Shown piece by piece: positions 1-12,356 of a stretch of DNA of 64,000 nucleotides. Made by a program: the position numbers and the translations under genes. The stretch is from assembly GCA_010093705.1 (NCBI GenBank), contig MU006089.1, positions 818,011 through 882,010 of the forward strand. The letters run 5' to 3'. A model generated the notes under the pieces. That model was not told where the DNA came from. It worked only from the letters and a program-made list of their open reading frames with translations, and ran no database searches. Numbering within the stretch: position 1 is the first letter of the stretch; every line of letters starts with the position of its first letter. The stretch comes from Patellaria atrata CBS 101060 (Eukaryota).

Positions 1-1732
1 GTTATCACCCTTCTCCCTCTCCAAAAATTTCTCCTCGGCCGTGTACTCCTCAGGACGCTTATACTCGCGCTCTCGCCTCGCGTTCTCCCTTCTGAGGTAG
101 AAAGTCATGAATGTGGACAATGTTGTACTCATCACCAAACATGCAATAAGTGTGCCATAACCCGAGTAGTACTCCGGCGCATCTTTTGAGCGGAACAAGA
201 ATCCGGAAATCGCACCACCAAGATTACCGAAGCCTACGTGCATGGCGATCCCGACACCACGCTTCACTGAGCCACCGATATTGTTGCCGTTCCAGGCAAC
301 ACCTTGCGGGACGTTACTGTAGATGCCAACAGCGGTAAAGAATGTTCCGGCATACTTAACACCGTGGTTTTGGCTGCCGATAAGCATGATGAGACCGACC
401 ATACTGTTACCACATTAGTAGAATATACGGTAAGGAAGTGAGTAGGACATACGCAATGCAATTGTTGCCGATCATATAAATACCACGTTGTCCATGTCTA
501 TCGGCGAGGATGCCGGAAGAGACACAGAATACGCATGCAACAACGTACGGAGGTACGGTCATCAGCTGAGCTGTGTTGTCTTTGTAGCCCAGGGATTTCA
601 CGATAGTTGGGAGGAAAAGAGCATAGGAATAGAGTCCAGTGTAAATGCCGATAGTGATGAACATATGGACCCAAATCTTCCAGTCCTGAATTGCGTGGTA
701 GAAATATTTCATATTCCATTCATCTGCTAGAGACGACCGGTCCGCCTCGAGGCGGCGTGTGATTTCTTTTCTCTCGCCGTCGGTCAAGAACTTGGCTGTG
801 GCTGGGTAGTCGTTCATAACGAAGAAGGCAACAATAGCTATTTTTTGTTTTTAGCGCTCCAAAGCTTTATTTTGGCTATCGACATTCAGCATAACTCACC
901 TACGACAAGGGTGATAAGACCTTCGAGGATGAAGATCCAAGACCATCCCGATTTCCCACCTACTCCACTCATCTCATTGATGCCACGCGCAAGTAGGCCT
1001 CCAAAAGCACCAGCGGCTGTTGCAGCAGAGAAGAAGACAGCCATTCGAAGACCACACTCACGGCGTTTATACCACATCGTGATACTGCGAAGCAATCAGT
1101 AACTATGCTCTTATATGTATCACGGTCGCGTTAAGAACATACTAATAGGTAACACCAGGGAAAAGACCTCCCTCTGCAATACCGAGAGCGGCACGTGCAA
1201 CTAAGAGTCCGGCATAGCTTTCAGTAAGTCCCATTAGAGTAGTGCATATAGCCCAAGCAACCATGATCGTGGGGATCCACATCGAAGGCCGCCACCTCTT
1301 CATCATCATGTTTGACGGGATCTCAGCAGCCACATAAAAGGGAAAGAAAATGGCGAGAGCAGTCTACTGGGATCAGCACGCATTCGATACTTTAAGAGGT
1401 GGCGCATACATTGTATTGGAGAGAATTAGGGTCCATGTTCAAATCTTCCTCGAGACCTGCCAATCGAGCATTACCGATGTTTGTACGGTCAAGGAAACTC
1501 AATCTAAGGGCCATCAGTAATCATTGTGGATAATGGGTTAAGGAAGTGGCACTAACAGATAGAGCAATGCGAGGAAAGGGATAAGAGTAAAGTCGATCTT
1601 TCGGATGAGACGTTTCGTAGCACTTTCATCGAAGCCTGCCGACTCGAGCGATGAGGTCGAATTATCGTACTCGGAAACCTGTGGAGCGGTCTGCTTCTCC
1701 TCTACCTCGGGTCTCTCCGTTATACCTGCCAT
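1..1732 (-). CDS. MFS transporter, anion:cation symporter (DAL5/TNA1-like) family; multi-exon, 3' end runs off the window
   Basis: Spliced ORFs 1538-1789, 1142-1333, 886-1095 and 407-817 give 'RLIRKIDFTLIPFLALLYL..SFLDRTNIGNARLAG', 'AEIPSNMMMKRWRPSMWI', 'EGGLFPG', 'WYKRRECGLRMAVF', 'WIFILEGL'. Likely ATG at 1732 (MAGITERPE). No stop codon before position 1. Confidence 0.92.
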
Positions 1733-4700
1733 TTTGGTAGGAGTCGTAATGTGAAATTGTTCGTCTTCTCTTTGACAATGAAGTTTCAACCCTCAGCACT
1801 AAACAAATAGCCTTTCCACGTGTACGGGAGCAAAGATTATAAAGATGAAAATAAGTTCAAGTGCTCATTATACAACAAACAGCTTGTTCTTATTCGACCC
1901 AGGGATATGGACTCGAGGTTTAAATCAACACAAGAGAAACCCAATCTGTCGTACAAGCACAAACCGCGAGGGGGGTGCAGCAGGTATTTTATATGCGTGC
2001 CTGTGCTTCGCCTTTGGAGCAGCCAAGTCTGGAGCATCGTTGATATTGGGGACGGTGGATCCAGTTTTGGCAGATAAATGCTAGGGTACTCCGCTTCCTG
2101 GCCATTTTGAAATAGCCAGGGAAGCCGTGCCGCATGGTTCACTAACTGCTCAGAAATAATAGTAGGGACATGCCGCTATGAGAATAACGAGATAGATACC
2201 CTTGTATGCTTATGGGGACGCTCCCGATGGTCGGGTAGATGCACAAGACAAGTCCCGTGCTGACGAAAGCGGATCTTCTTCAGGCTATCGTGCAAATGGT
2301 CAAAGCACCGGTATTCGAGAAATTGCCGTTCTTGGCTTCTTATCTTGGGTGAAAGACCGCTTGCACTTGAAGTGTTGAACTCTGGGCACAACGTGGCCAT
2401 GGGGGAGTCCTCTTCTGTACGCTACAATTGTGGCTGCAGATCCTTCTGCAACTGCTGTTGGATGAAGTAAAGAACTGAAATAACATGTAAAAACGACTTA
2501 TCATGGTAAGGGGAATCGGTCGGGCACCGAAAAATGTACATGTACATTACTTTCATCCCACACAGTAGAAAAAGATCGAGAAGGCCCACACAGGTGGACA
2601 TCTTGCGTCTTGAGGAAACACAACAGCAACACTCACCCGGTCTGTATGTGCTTGACCAGAAACCTGAGACATGGACAGTCCGTGCTCTTCAACCTGCGGG
2701 GACCCCAGAGGGGAGAAACTGAGTGTAACTTTAGCGTGTTGCCATGCCGGAGGGCTGACCGAAGCATCTCAGGAATCAGGATGGTGGTTGTATAGGAAGG
2801 AGATGGGAACATCTATCTTGATGTCTTGGTGCGCAAGGGGCGGTTGGGGAGACATTTGCCCCTGTTCCATGTCAACATCTTGCAGGACAGCAGGGAGGTT
2901 GATGCGAGTTTGTGAGAGCCAAGTCCAGAATCTGTAAAACACCAGAAGAAAACTAGAAACGACCCTGCGCTTCTGGCTTAACGGTGTAGTAACGCATCTA
3001 TACTAGCCTGTTTCCCTGGTTTCAGTATCACAAATCCTCTCATAATTGGTTGAAGACTTGCATAGAGATTTAGTGCATTTTTCCCAACCTCATGGATCGG
3101 GCAGATACAAGTCAGAAGCATCCTCTACAGAGTAGTTTTGAACAGAGCATGTCCATTGCGATTCAGAAGGCATTGCAAGGTCTGTGATCCTGCAAAGTCA
3201 GCAGCGCTGCGATAATATTATTCACTTTTGTGGACGGCGAGCAAGCTCACTCATCTTATCTCGGCATGCATGCAGTCAGGCCTGAGCTGGGCGTCTTATT
3301 TGTCTTGGAGAGCAATTTTCAGGGCGCCAAAAGATGCTTTTATCCGTCTTGTCGTTGGTCTTGACCACCTTGGCTGCCTGGAGGTTGGAGCATCGTGACT
3401 GATCGCTAAGGAGGGCGTTATCGTGGATCAGAAAACGCCATCACCATCATGAGAAGAGCTTCGAGAAGATGTGGCCAAGCTTCACCATCTCGTTGAAAGA
3501 GAGTCAGAGGTAGCGTATCCGTCCGACCGATCATATCAACGACACCGCACGTTGAACCGCCTAGCTAGCTGTGGGATATGTCCCAAAATTCGTGACACGG
3601 GAGCTGTCTGGACGATTCGTAGGTATTCTTGTCTTTCCTTATGTTCTCAACTCCCTCAAACAAAGACGGTCCAACGGCTGCACTAGTCCCTTTCTCATAC
3701 CAAGAAGACAAAGTTGAGGATTTTGGGAAGTCGAAAAGAGCTGGTGGACCATGGTTGGCAGAGGACAGAGTGGAGGTGAACTGCCAACGTCGCTCTCCAC
3801 AAGCATAGACGCCAATATTTCCAGTAGTAGCATTCTCCACGCCGACTTCCGATCGTTACAGTATATCTCTGCGCTTCTACGATAGTCAGGTATCTGGAAA
3901 CCACTCACAATGCACGGAATATATGTAGCTGTCAGCTAGAGAGGTGATTCTCGCGAAGTCCTGAATTCCAAAACAGATCCCCATGTCGCTTGGGTCTGTA
4001 TGCGAAATTACATCCTACTATATCGTCTAAATCTGTTGAATCTTCCGTAAGATCTAACCTCCCCCTTGGGTAAAATAGTCTCTATGTATCCTTATGCTAG
4101 CTGTCATCCCTTGAAGGATTTACACAGGGTGCATCTAGCATGGGTATTAATCACTCTCCTCCATGAGCTGTCTCACCAGTGTCCCTTATTACATACGCCT
4201 TTTCACATGCTTATTTCAAGCACACATCTTTTGTCTGACTTGGGCCATAACTCTAGAATATGTTCTACCTTCTCTCGCTGGAATCTCTTACCAACAGATC
4301 AAGTAGAGAACTCAGTCAATTGATATCACATCGTGAAAAGTGTGAGAACATGAAGATGTACAAGACAATTTCCTACTACTCAACGGTATCAAATTTTGAT
4401 ATGGCCCATGTCACGCATATTTGCAAACTCCATAAACACAAGCACAAGTTCGGAGTAACTTCATTACTCTCTAACTTCTTGGTTCTTCATCCAAGCTGGA
4501 TTTCATACTCCGATTCTTTATGTCATAATGGTCTTTCTTTCGTCGCAATTCTGTGTTTGACATTCGAACGCCGTCTCCAGAGCGGTGTTCCACCATTAGA
4601 GCTGTCTAAGGCCTCTTTTCTCTGCATTGAAGCGGCCTCAACAAATTCATTCTCCTGTCGGGTTACGTCTCACACATGCTAACACTATGTCCACTATAAA

Positions 4701-6320
4701 GGGTACCTTCCCGCCGAACGCCAAAGTTAGTCATTTAATCCTAACCTGTAGTGTTATCTACTTGATGTAATAATAACCTACGCAAATAAAAGGATGGATT
4801 ATTGACGCAGAATGCCTCATATAAAATAAGTCCTCACCACCTTTCGACTACGACACGGCAACAATCTGAAGATGAGGAGAGCCATCTATATAGTATACTA
4901 GATATCTACTGGTGAAAATGGAGCCATGTTATGTTGGACTCTTACCTGTAGATACCCGCCACTTCGTCCTATGTTTAAAGACATCTCACAATTCGGCGAC
5001 ACTATCACCACGGCGATCTCCTGGGCGTTCAGCATTATCCGTTTTAACGTTCGAATGTTCATCGAACCCTAAACATAGAGGTTATAAACTCGGGAATGAT
5101 TAGTATTGGCACTGCATTCTCCCGCAAGCAAACTATAACCAACGCTCCTGTCGTCTCTAACTAGATCCAATGATAGCAGCGTGGAAAAGTTCCAACACGG
5201 GCTGAGGTGCGTTAATCTACTCTAAAAGAGAATATGGACAATAAACATACATACATGATTATGACCCTTTCAACTTCACTTCTCAGTTGCAGAGTCGATC
5301 GATTATTACCCTAATAGCGATGTTAAACCGCATCGTATTACAATTATGGAAAAGGTGATCGGGACTAGCAGCTCATGAAAGGCTAGTTTATTGAACTTCT
5401 CGAGTCGAATGACATTCAATTATTTGAGGTTCATGATATTTCAACCATACTTCCATACCATATACACTGATTCGCGTTCTAGTACTAGTTCTACTGACTA
5501 GATGTCACGTAACATCCTTTTAAGCGCCCTTCACGAGTTCACAAGGACGTAAGTCGAACTTCTCATTATGGAAAACCGGCCAACCGCCGATAGCCGTATC
5601 ATCGGGTCATTAAGGACATCGGGCGTGCACAGTGCCACGAATGAACTCTTGTACAGAGTAGTTAAAGCTTAATGCAATTTCCCGCTCGAATATGCGGAGA
5701 GCCATTATTGTAACGCATTCGAGCTTTGGTACGTGGAATATGCTCTTCAGACCTCATATTATCTAATCTAGATGCGCACAGAATGCACTTAACCAACTAA
5801 ATCACCGGCCAATAGATATATCTATTTACATACCTGGGCATCAGCTCGGGCAGCAAACGGTTCCTCGGATGTGCAGATGCCACATCTTATCGAAGAGTGA
5901 TATAGTGACAGATAAGGAACTACATAGTATGGATAGAAAATGTAGAAGCAAAATACTGAGCTGGAGTTTCGTCACCTCACAAAGTAAAACATGGAGTTGT
6001 TCAGATGGGAAGCTGATGCGGTACTACCGAAATAGGCAATCCCCGCAATTCTCCGCAAAGCCAAGTCGCATACGTCACCGCACATCTCCCTGCATAGTCA
6101 GTCAGTACAGTAACCGGAACCACGAGGAGACCAAGCAATATATGCCAATATCAAGAAACAAGATCTCACCGCGCAGCACAGCCCAGTTCCTCACCTCTAT
6201 AACGATACGCTTATAACCCTAGAGAAACACGAGCTCCAAATTATCACCGTCCCTCTCTGTTTCTTCACAATCACATATATCAACATCCTCGTAGTTAAAC
6301 ATTCTCCAACTACCTCCGCT

Positions 6321-7295
6321 ATGTCCTTCCGCTCCCGCATTCTCCTCTCTCTCTTCCTTCTCACCTCCACCCCTCTCCTCTCCGCCGCCCAGGACACGAC
6401 CATCCTCATCACCGCTCCCGCTCCCGCACCCACCCCCTCCACCTCCTCCTCCTACACCTCCGACCGCGAATTCCGCGACGCGGTCCTGAACTCCACAAAC
6501 ACGTATCGGGCGCAACACAACGCCTCCGACCTCCACTGGAACGACACGCTAGCAGACTACGCGCGGGACTGGGCAGAGGGATGTCAGTTCGGGCATAGCG
6601 TAAGTTGCATCTCTATACTGCAGCTCTCTTCTCGTCTTTCGCATCCCATCCGCCTATGATCGCCTCCTGTTACCATACCCTTGAGTGAGATAACTCATCT
6701 CCCTTTGTTCTGCGCCGTACCCGATCTCTACCGTTTCATCCCCCGCTCAATCACCCTTTCACCCCCCCCCCCCCCCCTTCCCCCCCCCCCCGAATCCCCC
6801 TCCCCCCCCCCCCCCCCCCAAATAAGCTTGCTTGTATATATCTTATAAAGCGTTCACCTCACTCACACCCCCAAGAACGGCCCCTACGGCGAAAACCTCG
6901 CCTCCGGCTACCCCTCCCCGGCGGCCGCCATATCAGCCTGGGGCAACGAGCGCGAAGATTTCAACTTCAACGACCCCGATTTCGAAGACGAGACCGGGCA
7001 TTTCACGCAGTTGGTCTGGAAGAATACTACTGCTGTTGGGTGTGCGGCTGTTGATTGTTCTACTGACAATGAGGAAGATGAAGAGGATGATGATGATGAT
7101 GATGATGGTGAGGGGAGAAGGGCGCCGGGGTGGTATGTCGTGTGTGAGTACTGGCCGCGGGGGAACGTGCTTGGGGCTTTTGAGGGGAGTGTGCAGGGGA
7201 GGGTGGATGAGGGGGGTGCGGCTGGGTTGAGGGCGGGGTGGCGGACGCTTGGGGTTTGGGGGGTGGCGTGGGTGGTTGTGTGGGGGATTTTGTGA
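6321..7295 (+). CDS. Secreted CAP/SCP (PR-1/PRY-like) protein, possibly GPI-anchored
   Basis: Signal peptide; 'VLNSTNTYRAQHNASDLHWNDTLA..A..WA..CQFGHS'; intron 6600-6875; then 'NGPYGENLA', 'TGHFTQLVWKNTTAVGCA', 'WYVVCEYWPRGNV'; hydrophobic C-terminus. Confidence 0.92.
6762..6819. repeat. Near-homopolymeric poly-C tract inside the CAP gene intron
   Basis: About 58 bp of C runs broken only by tt, gaat and t. Confidence 0.95.
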
Positions 7296-7459
7296 GGGTA
7301 TGTGTACATAGGGAGGTGATGACGATGGGATTTCTTACGTGTTTTGAGTGCTTCAGTTTGGTGGTGGTTTTATACCCTGGAATGGGGTGTTAAGGTGGTG
7401 TATATGGTTAATGATTAATGTTTTATGAGTTATAAGTGGAGAGTTTGCTTAACTTAACT

Positions 7460-7802
7460 ATATCTTAACCTACATTTGTGTACCGTTGGTTTAGAATTTT
7501 TACCTACCTTCATGTATCATCTGCTGAGCATATATACCCATGATAATGTACCATTGGCTGAGGATATTTACCCACAATCGTGTATCATGACCAGAAGATA
7601 TAAACCTATAATAATGTATCATTGGCTTAGTATTTATGCCTAGGATAATGTACTATTGGCTGAAGAATCATACCTAAGTTCATGTACCATTTGTTCAAAG
7701 TTTATGCCCAGGATTATGTACTGTCAGCTCAAGATTTATGCTTAGATTGATGTAACGTTGGCTCATGAATTCTATCAAGGTTGATGTATCGTTAGTTTAA
7801 AT
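7460..7802. repeat. Degenerate 34-bp tandem minisatellite, about 10 copies
   Basis: TGTA anchors at 7479, 7513, 7547, 7581, 7615, 7649, 7683, 7717, 7751 and 7785, each exactly 34 bp apart. Approximate consensus TGTAYCATTGGCTGAAGATWTATRCCYAnnnTnA. Confidence 0.9.
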
Positions 7803-8044
7803 TATAAAAGTATCCTGAGTAGACGATTATCTCGAATGTATATTCAGCTGACGCAGGGGATACACGTACCCTAGGGCGTATTAAGGCAGTTTCAATATTT
7901 TAATTAGGAGTGTCAGTACAGTTCTAACCAACAGTCCAACAACTACCTTTCTCCCATACAGAGAGACCCAGGCACCTAAAACTATAATACATTCAATAAA
8001 ACTCGTCATGAGCAATATGTTCATCTAGATAACCCCTAACCCAA

Positions 8045-9731
8045 CTACTCCACAATCTCCATCTCACTCGTCCGGTGCTTCGCAAACGTATCCTTCCACT
8101 CATCCCAAATCCACCTCAACTCCTTCATATACTCTGCATGAATCTCATCCACATATCTACTGTCCGGCTCCTCCTGCTGAATGACCTTAATCGGCTTACC
8201 CACAACGATATTCATCGGCCGTCTATAGGGCATCATACCGACATCATAGTTGAAAACGCCTCGCGCATGAAACAACGGCACCGTGAACCCCATAACTTTC
8301 TTGATGAGCAATTGTGCTCTGTGGACCCATGGATGCTCTTGCCCGTTGAACTGCTCGTAGAGTTCGTTTTCGCCGAACGCGAGGACGGGGACTAAGTCAG
8401 CACCTGTGCGGATGGCGAGCTTGATGAATCCTTTTCGCTTGGCCAGCACGAGACGTAGGGTTCCGGGTTGGGCGTCTAGAGACTCTCTGGCGCCGCCTAC
8501 AACTATGGTGATTGCTCGACCCATGCCTTCGCCATTGGGACCCCCTTGCGATAGTATGTTTTCGCAAGATTCCCGCGACACTGAAGCAAGGCCCATTCGT
8601 AGAGCATAATCTCTATACAAAGGAATGCGGAAGTTTGAGTCAAGGGTAAGTAGTGTGTTTATGATACCTGGAAATAGTTGGGAAAACCCCAGGGCCTCTG
8701 TTCCGAATGCCGCAAAAGCGCCATGCGAGATTATACCATGAGGGTGATATCCGAATATGTACTTCCTGGTAGATGGAAGTTCATGAGAACGGTGAAGACG
8801 GGCTGGGAAGTAGGATGCGAAAAGAGACCAAATGGGGCTTCGTCGGGCTCTTTCCCAACGGTGAGATAGTTGACCTGATGTCCCTGCGTTCGATAGTAGG
8901 ACGTAGATGAGATAAGGAAAGAGAATTGGCCAAAGTAAAGGGATAGCGGAAAGAAAGAAGAACAACGTCAGAAGACTTGCGATAGAGAGTGTGTGCATGA
9001 GGACCACGAGAGTTTGAAGTCGTCTCTTGAGAGGAACATTGAGAGGTGCCCAACGAATCCTAATCCTAGTCAACATGAATTGATTTATATGATAAGCCAA
9101 AGTATACTCACCCACTTCTTTCCCAGCCTGCACCAGCTTTCCGGCCGCTAACCAATATCTCCCTCTCTCCAGCGTCCCTTCTCTCGAGCTGGCCTTGCCT
9201 GACTTCGTTCTCATACTCGTCGAGAGGTTTAATGCTCGTCAACTGATCACCATCTGAATCCTTGTACTTCTCGAAAATTAGGTTATTCTCATTCTTGGGG
9301 TTTGGTTTGGTCGCAATCCCATTATGCCGTAACGATGATCGTCTAGGACTTTTCCTAACGGGACTCCGTGGGAAGTCGTCCTGACCCGATCCGGAATACT
9401 TCTGTTCTAGCGTTGCAGGTCTTTGCTTATAAGTACCATTGACTGTTGGACCTCCGGCGGTCTTTATTTTCTCATCCTTTGCAATGTAAATGCCATTTTC
9501 CGCTGCCTCGGCATAGGACTTTGGTGGGAGGTCATGAGCTTCACGCTCATCCGGATGTGAGGGTTCTGAGTTTAAAGAGTCGGTGCTGTCAGTATTGAGT
9601 ACTGGACCTCCATTAACTTTCATAAATTCGTCATTGGCTCCATTCTCGGCCGCTTCGGCGTAGGACTTGGGAGGTAGATGATGAGCTTCGCGCTCCTCCG
9701 GATGCGACGGTTCAGGGCTCATGGTCACCAT
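8045..9731 (-). CDS. DGA1: Diacylglycerol O-acyltransferase (DGAT2 family)
   Basis: 'IRWAPLNVPLKRRLQT', 'YFP', 'YIFGYHPHGII', 'IVVGGARESL', 'RKGFIKLA', 'LVPVLAFGENELY'. Intron 9111-9066. Start ATG at 9731 or 9722. Confidence 0.96.
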
Positions 9732-10297
9732 TAATGGATTTGGTTCAAAGAGGGAGATATAATGAGATGGGAGGATCACAATGGTCAAAAAGTCATGTTG
9801 AAGAAGGAAGACGAGCAGAGTAAACAAAGGTTGAGGAAGTCGAAACTGTAGTAAGGTGTTGAGGTGGGCCTAGTGTTTGAGAACGTGAAGCATGACGTCG
9901 CGGTGAAAGGATGGCCCTACCGAGTACCGAATGATTTGTACCTCTCAACCCTCAACGTGCTAGACGGAACCATCTAACTGAATAGTTGAGTCACTATAGT
10001 TACCTACTTAATATCTAAAATATAGATAATAGGGATCTGAGATAACATGCATTCCATGTTATTGTGGCTATCGTTTGACAAACCGTGTTTATTAAGAAGC
10101 AGTTCAGCTTTCAACGAGATATAGGCTTGTAAATGACTCTAGCTCCTTATATAATAGATGCATTTACAATAAGCATAGGGATCAATATACTCAAATAGGT
10201 AGAGAAATATGACAACAGGTATTAGGCCCAAATCATGCCCAAACCAATACATATATCCAACATCGAAAAGCGCAGTCGCGTATTTTTATTCGCCCAA

Positions 10298-10960
10298 TTA
10301 CCGATAATACTCCCTTCTCCTCCTACCATCACCTGTATGTATTGAAACCCTCTCGGTGGTAGTCCTATAACCGCCATCCCTAGAATCTTCGCGATATCTC
10401 CTATCGTCTCTACTTCTGCTTCTACTCCTTTCACCCCTCCGCGAGTGAGCCCGCACATGCCGCTCCTCAGCCGGCGGATCGATGTATCTAAAGGTCTCGT
10501 ACCGTGGGGAATTATCACCATACGCGGATGATCTAGCAGGCGAGTACTCCCTCGTGCGTTCCCGTCGAATTTCCCTTTCGCGCTCGGTGTAAATGTAATC
10601 GTGATCGGTCTGACTGTCGCTGGAGACGCTGCTCGGCGGACTCACTTCGACGTAATGAGGTTGCGGCGAATGCGACTGTGGGGGGGGGACAGAAAGTGGT
10701 GGAGGTGGAGGAGGTTGCATGAAAACGGGGACTGGTTGAGGTGGTGGGAGTGTGAGAGGTGCCGGTGTCGGAATAGGCATTGGTTTTGGTGGTGGGATAT
10801 GCGCGACGCTCACTCGCGAACGGTTGGGTGAGCGCTCTTCGATTACAGTGCGCGAGTACCGTGCTGATGTCCGGCGGGGTGGTGATGAACGTCTGCTGTG
10901 GTGATGGTGGACCCGAGTTCGCTCGACCAGCTCATCATCTTTCACTTTAACGAGACACAT
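10298..10960 (-). CDS. Hypothetical Pro/Arg/Ser-rich low-complexity protein
   Basis: About 220-aa open frame starting 'MCLVKVKDDE', with a poly-Pro centre and an RS/RE-rich C-terminus. No recognisable folded domain. Confidence 0.7.
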   Translation of the reverse strand: MCLVKVKDDELVERTRVHHHHSRRSSPPRRTSARYSRTVIEERSPNRSRVSVAHIPPPKPMPIPTPAPLTLPPPQPVPVFMQPPPPPPLSVPPPQSHSPQPHYVEVSPPSSVSSDSQTDHDYIYTEREREIRRERTREYSPARSSAYGDNSPRYETFRYIDPPAEERHVRAHSRRGERSRSRSRDDRRYREDSRDGGYRTTTERVSIHTGDGRRRREYYR

Positions 10961-11873
10961 TGTATACGGCGTAAGCAATGTCTCCTAAGGAAGTGACTCT
11001 TTTGAGTTTTGCGCTCGTAAGATAGAGATGTTGCGATTGGTTTGGGCGAGGGGCTGATTTGTATCGCTGCGTTCCTCCTCGGCGGTGGAGAATCTTGGAA
11101 GTCGATGCCGTCTAATAAAGCGCAATGGGGCCGAATGACGTTGTACAGTAGATGTGGTCTTTAAGCTACAAGGCTAGCATCCCAAGGGTTGGCGATGTTA
11201 TAAAGGGTTGAGAACGAGAGGAGAGGGGTCAAGCGCCAGGACAACAAGGCGCAGTGCTAATGAACATGTTGAGAAGACATCACGATCATTGAACGGCGAG
11301 ATTGTTCATCTGAAGGGAACGTAATGGAAGTTGGAAGGGCGGGATAAATGTGGCTGGGCATACTGAACTGAGGCGGGGCAAGTCTAAGCGGTAAGCGGTG
11401 GCTGGATAACCTTAAGGTTCTAGGTTGAGAGCCGAGCAGGGGAACCGGCTCTTGAAAATCACCAATATTGCTTTGCGCGTTCTACCAATCCTCCGGATAG
11501 AAATACGATTAGTGGCTCATTGAGTACAGTATCTCCCTACCAGGCGAGTCCTGGCTGCATATACGATTGAGCTTGGACGATCCCCCGAATTGACTGTAAC
11601 GGACAGGTGACTTTGACTTGAAGTCCGAAATAAACAGTATATGCGGTTTGTAGGTACTGTGCTAAAATTTAAGGGGAAGGAACCACTGCAAACATCAAAA
11701 GGAAACTTCTACTGGAGTCCAAAAGCGGAGATCACATTGCGGAAACGAAAATCAAGCCGAGCAATTTATTAAGTCGTAGCATGACAAGCATGCTCAAGGG
11801 TATTATGGAATAACTCCTGGAAACTCGATCTCCCGCACGCCTGATGAACCCAAATAATGACCCTTCATCCAGT

Positions 11874-12356
11874 TCAGCTTTTGTGTCCACCTAGACCAAT
11901 CTTTCCAAGAACCTTTTCCGCAAGGCCACGGGTGTCAGTGTGGGTATCTCTTTCGACACTGCTTGATCTGCGTTCATTGATCTCTTTGGATTTTCGGACC
12001 TCCTCCTCGGTAGGTTTTACGATGTTGGCTGCACCACCTCTACCAATATGAAAGGTGCTCTCGGGTTCACGATGGGCGGGTGCATCAACGTCCTGGGCAG
12101 CTCGAGCAAGTTCGGGATGGGCTGGGTCGTTCTTGGACATATTTCCACTGCCTCCACGTCCGGTGGTATATATATCGGACTTGATGGTTGGCGTAACAAG
12201 ATCCTCGGGTTTGGTGAAGCTTTCGCGCCGTTCCTTGCCGATATTGCCTGTGAAAAGGTTCATGAGAAATCGAACAGCAAAAATAGTGAAGCCCATTCAG
12301 TATTCACCTGCTCCGCCGCGCCCGTGCGACATGTTACGGTTGGCTGATCCTTCCAT
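11874..12356 (-). CDS. PAR32: PAR32-like (DUF3602) protein with GRGGAGNI-type repeats
   Basis: Exon 1 'MEGSANRNMSHGRGGA', intron 12307-12248, exon 2 'GNIGKE...TTGRGGSGNM...HIGRGGAANIVKP'. Three copies of the motif. Confidence 0.8.

Noticed and set aside
1800..6300. Short ORFs in the 4.5-kb gap (e.g. 4260-4682, 3565-3840, 5869-6216) as genes or a transposon
   Set aside because: No recognisable domains, coherent splice pattern, terminal repeats or transposase/RT motifs.
6832..7309. Overlapping ORFs with poly-Met or poly-Ser runs
   Set aside because: These are alternative readings of the (GAT)n acidic loop in the CAP gene.
7460..7802. CRISPR or coding-repeat interpretation of the 34-bp array
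   Set aside because: Units are head-to-tail with no unique spacers, the period is not a multiple of 3, and no long ORF spans it.
8028..8045. Telomere-like CCCTAA sequence (also TTAGGG near 24292)
   Set aside because: Only one or two imperfect units; not an array.
11427..11455. Small inverted repeat AGAGCCG..CGGCTCT as a terminator or tRNA fragment
   Set aside because: A 7-bp stem is expected by chance in 64 kb, and there is no cloverleaf or A/B box.
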